Below, in pieces: positions 32,029 to 32,722 of a DNA stretch of 32,722 nucleotides (positions are counted from its first letter, which is position 1; every line of letters begins with the position of its first letter). The stretch is from contig NC_068986.1 of assembly GCF_001194135.2 (NCBI RefSeq), positions 11,702,638 through 11,735,359 on the forward strand, written 5' to 3'. The notes beneath the pieces were generated by a model. It did not search any database, was not told the DNA's origin, and saw only the letters and a program-made list of their open reading frames with translations. The translations under genes and the position numbers were made by a program. The DNA is from Octopus bimaculoides. Taxonomy: Eukaryota.

Positions 32029-32722
32029 CAAGAACGTCGTCGCACCTCCCCTCCGCTAATCCTCTATAGAACGCCTTTGTGGAATTGAAGTCGCACAAGT
32101 TTGGTCCCGGACGGCAGAGTTGTTTGAGAGCAAGGTGGCACCCGCGGTGCCATTCACCCAGCCTCGGTCTCTGTTTGATCCACGACTGCAGTTCGGCCAA
32201 AGAGATGAGCTGCAGGAAAGCGCGCCTCACAAACGGCAACCTATTCACCGTTGTCTTTAAGCGCCGGAGATGTCGCAGTCTCGGAGTATGTCTGTGCACG
32301 ACGGTCAGACGGTAATCGATGACGGATGCGATGTATGCGTTCGCCACCTCCGCCCGACCTTTTAGGTATAGCTTCCTCTCAGCCCATTGCTGGTTGAGAG
32401 TGGCCACCCTACTCGTTATCTCGTCCCGGTTCTCCATTTGGAGGTCCAGACCGAACCAGACCCCGAGCAATTTAACCGGTCCGTCGGTCCAGCGTCCCAC
32501 GATGGAGACGCTGTTAGACGGCATGGGCTTGCTTCTCCAGGTGCCGAACCGCAAGCCCACTGACTTTTCCCGGTTAATTTTCGCTCCCGTGACCACTCTG
32601 TATTCTTTAATGGCTCGATACTATAACGGTGACGTCGTCCGCGTAGGCAGACACGCTACTCCCGCATCCCAGTTCTAGCGGGATGCTCCTTAGCGTCGCT
32701 AGCTTCCGCAGTAGTGGCTCTA
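32029..32722 (-). mobile_element. L1/Tx1-clade LINE reverse transcriptase fragment
   Basis: LEPLLRKL...VSAYADDVTVIV (YADD at about 32633-32644), GAKINREKS, VKLLGVWF and KLYLKGRAEVANAYIASVI are L1/Tx1 RT and thumb motifs; frameshifted; continues beyond the window. Confidence 0.9.

Overview
Repeat-saturated eukaryotic non-coding DNA from a draft assembly. About 5.2 kb is N, in 11 gaps: 6075-6331, 7098-7667, 8501-9362, 10296-10921, 19231-19665, 20922-21043, 23687-23696, 24576-25247, 25882-26570, 29275-29502 and 30236-30932. The tRNA-derived SINE families and very high microsatellite load look like an Octopus (coleoid cephalopod) genome; this is recognition from memory, not a database result. I found no intact host gene, RNA gene or CRISPR array. 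The long ORFs in the track are N-gap or microsatellite read-through, or decayed transposon frames. Contents: two abundant SINE families (here called A and B) plus one copy of a third (C); fossils of R4/Dong, CRE, RTE, L1/Tx1 and Penelope retroelements; Tc1/mariner-superfamily relics (mariner, two maT/DD37D copies, one rosa-like); a Helentron-type HINE; MITE-like elements; and many microsatellites. The most notable observations are three. (1) A 376-bp element with near-perfect 64-bp terminal inverted repeats encloses a minimal type I hammerhead-ribozyme motif (23461-23836), one of three hammerhead-like motifs in the window. (2) One SINE copy has its Pol III A-box 25-mer amplified into a tandem array (5949-6452). 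(3) Close inverted SINE and transposon pairs could form long dsRNA if transcribed. Boundaries of decayed elements are approximate.
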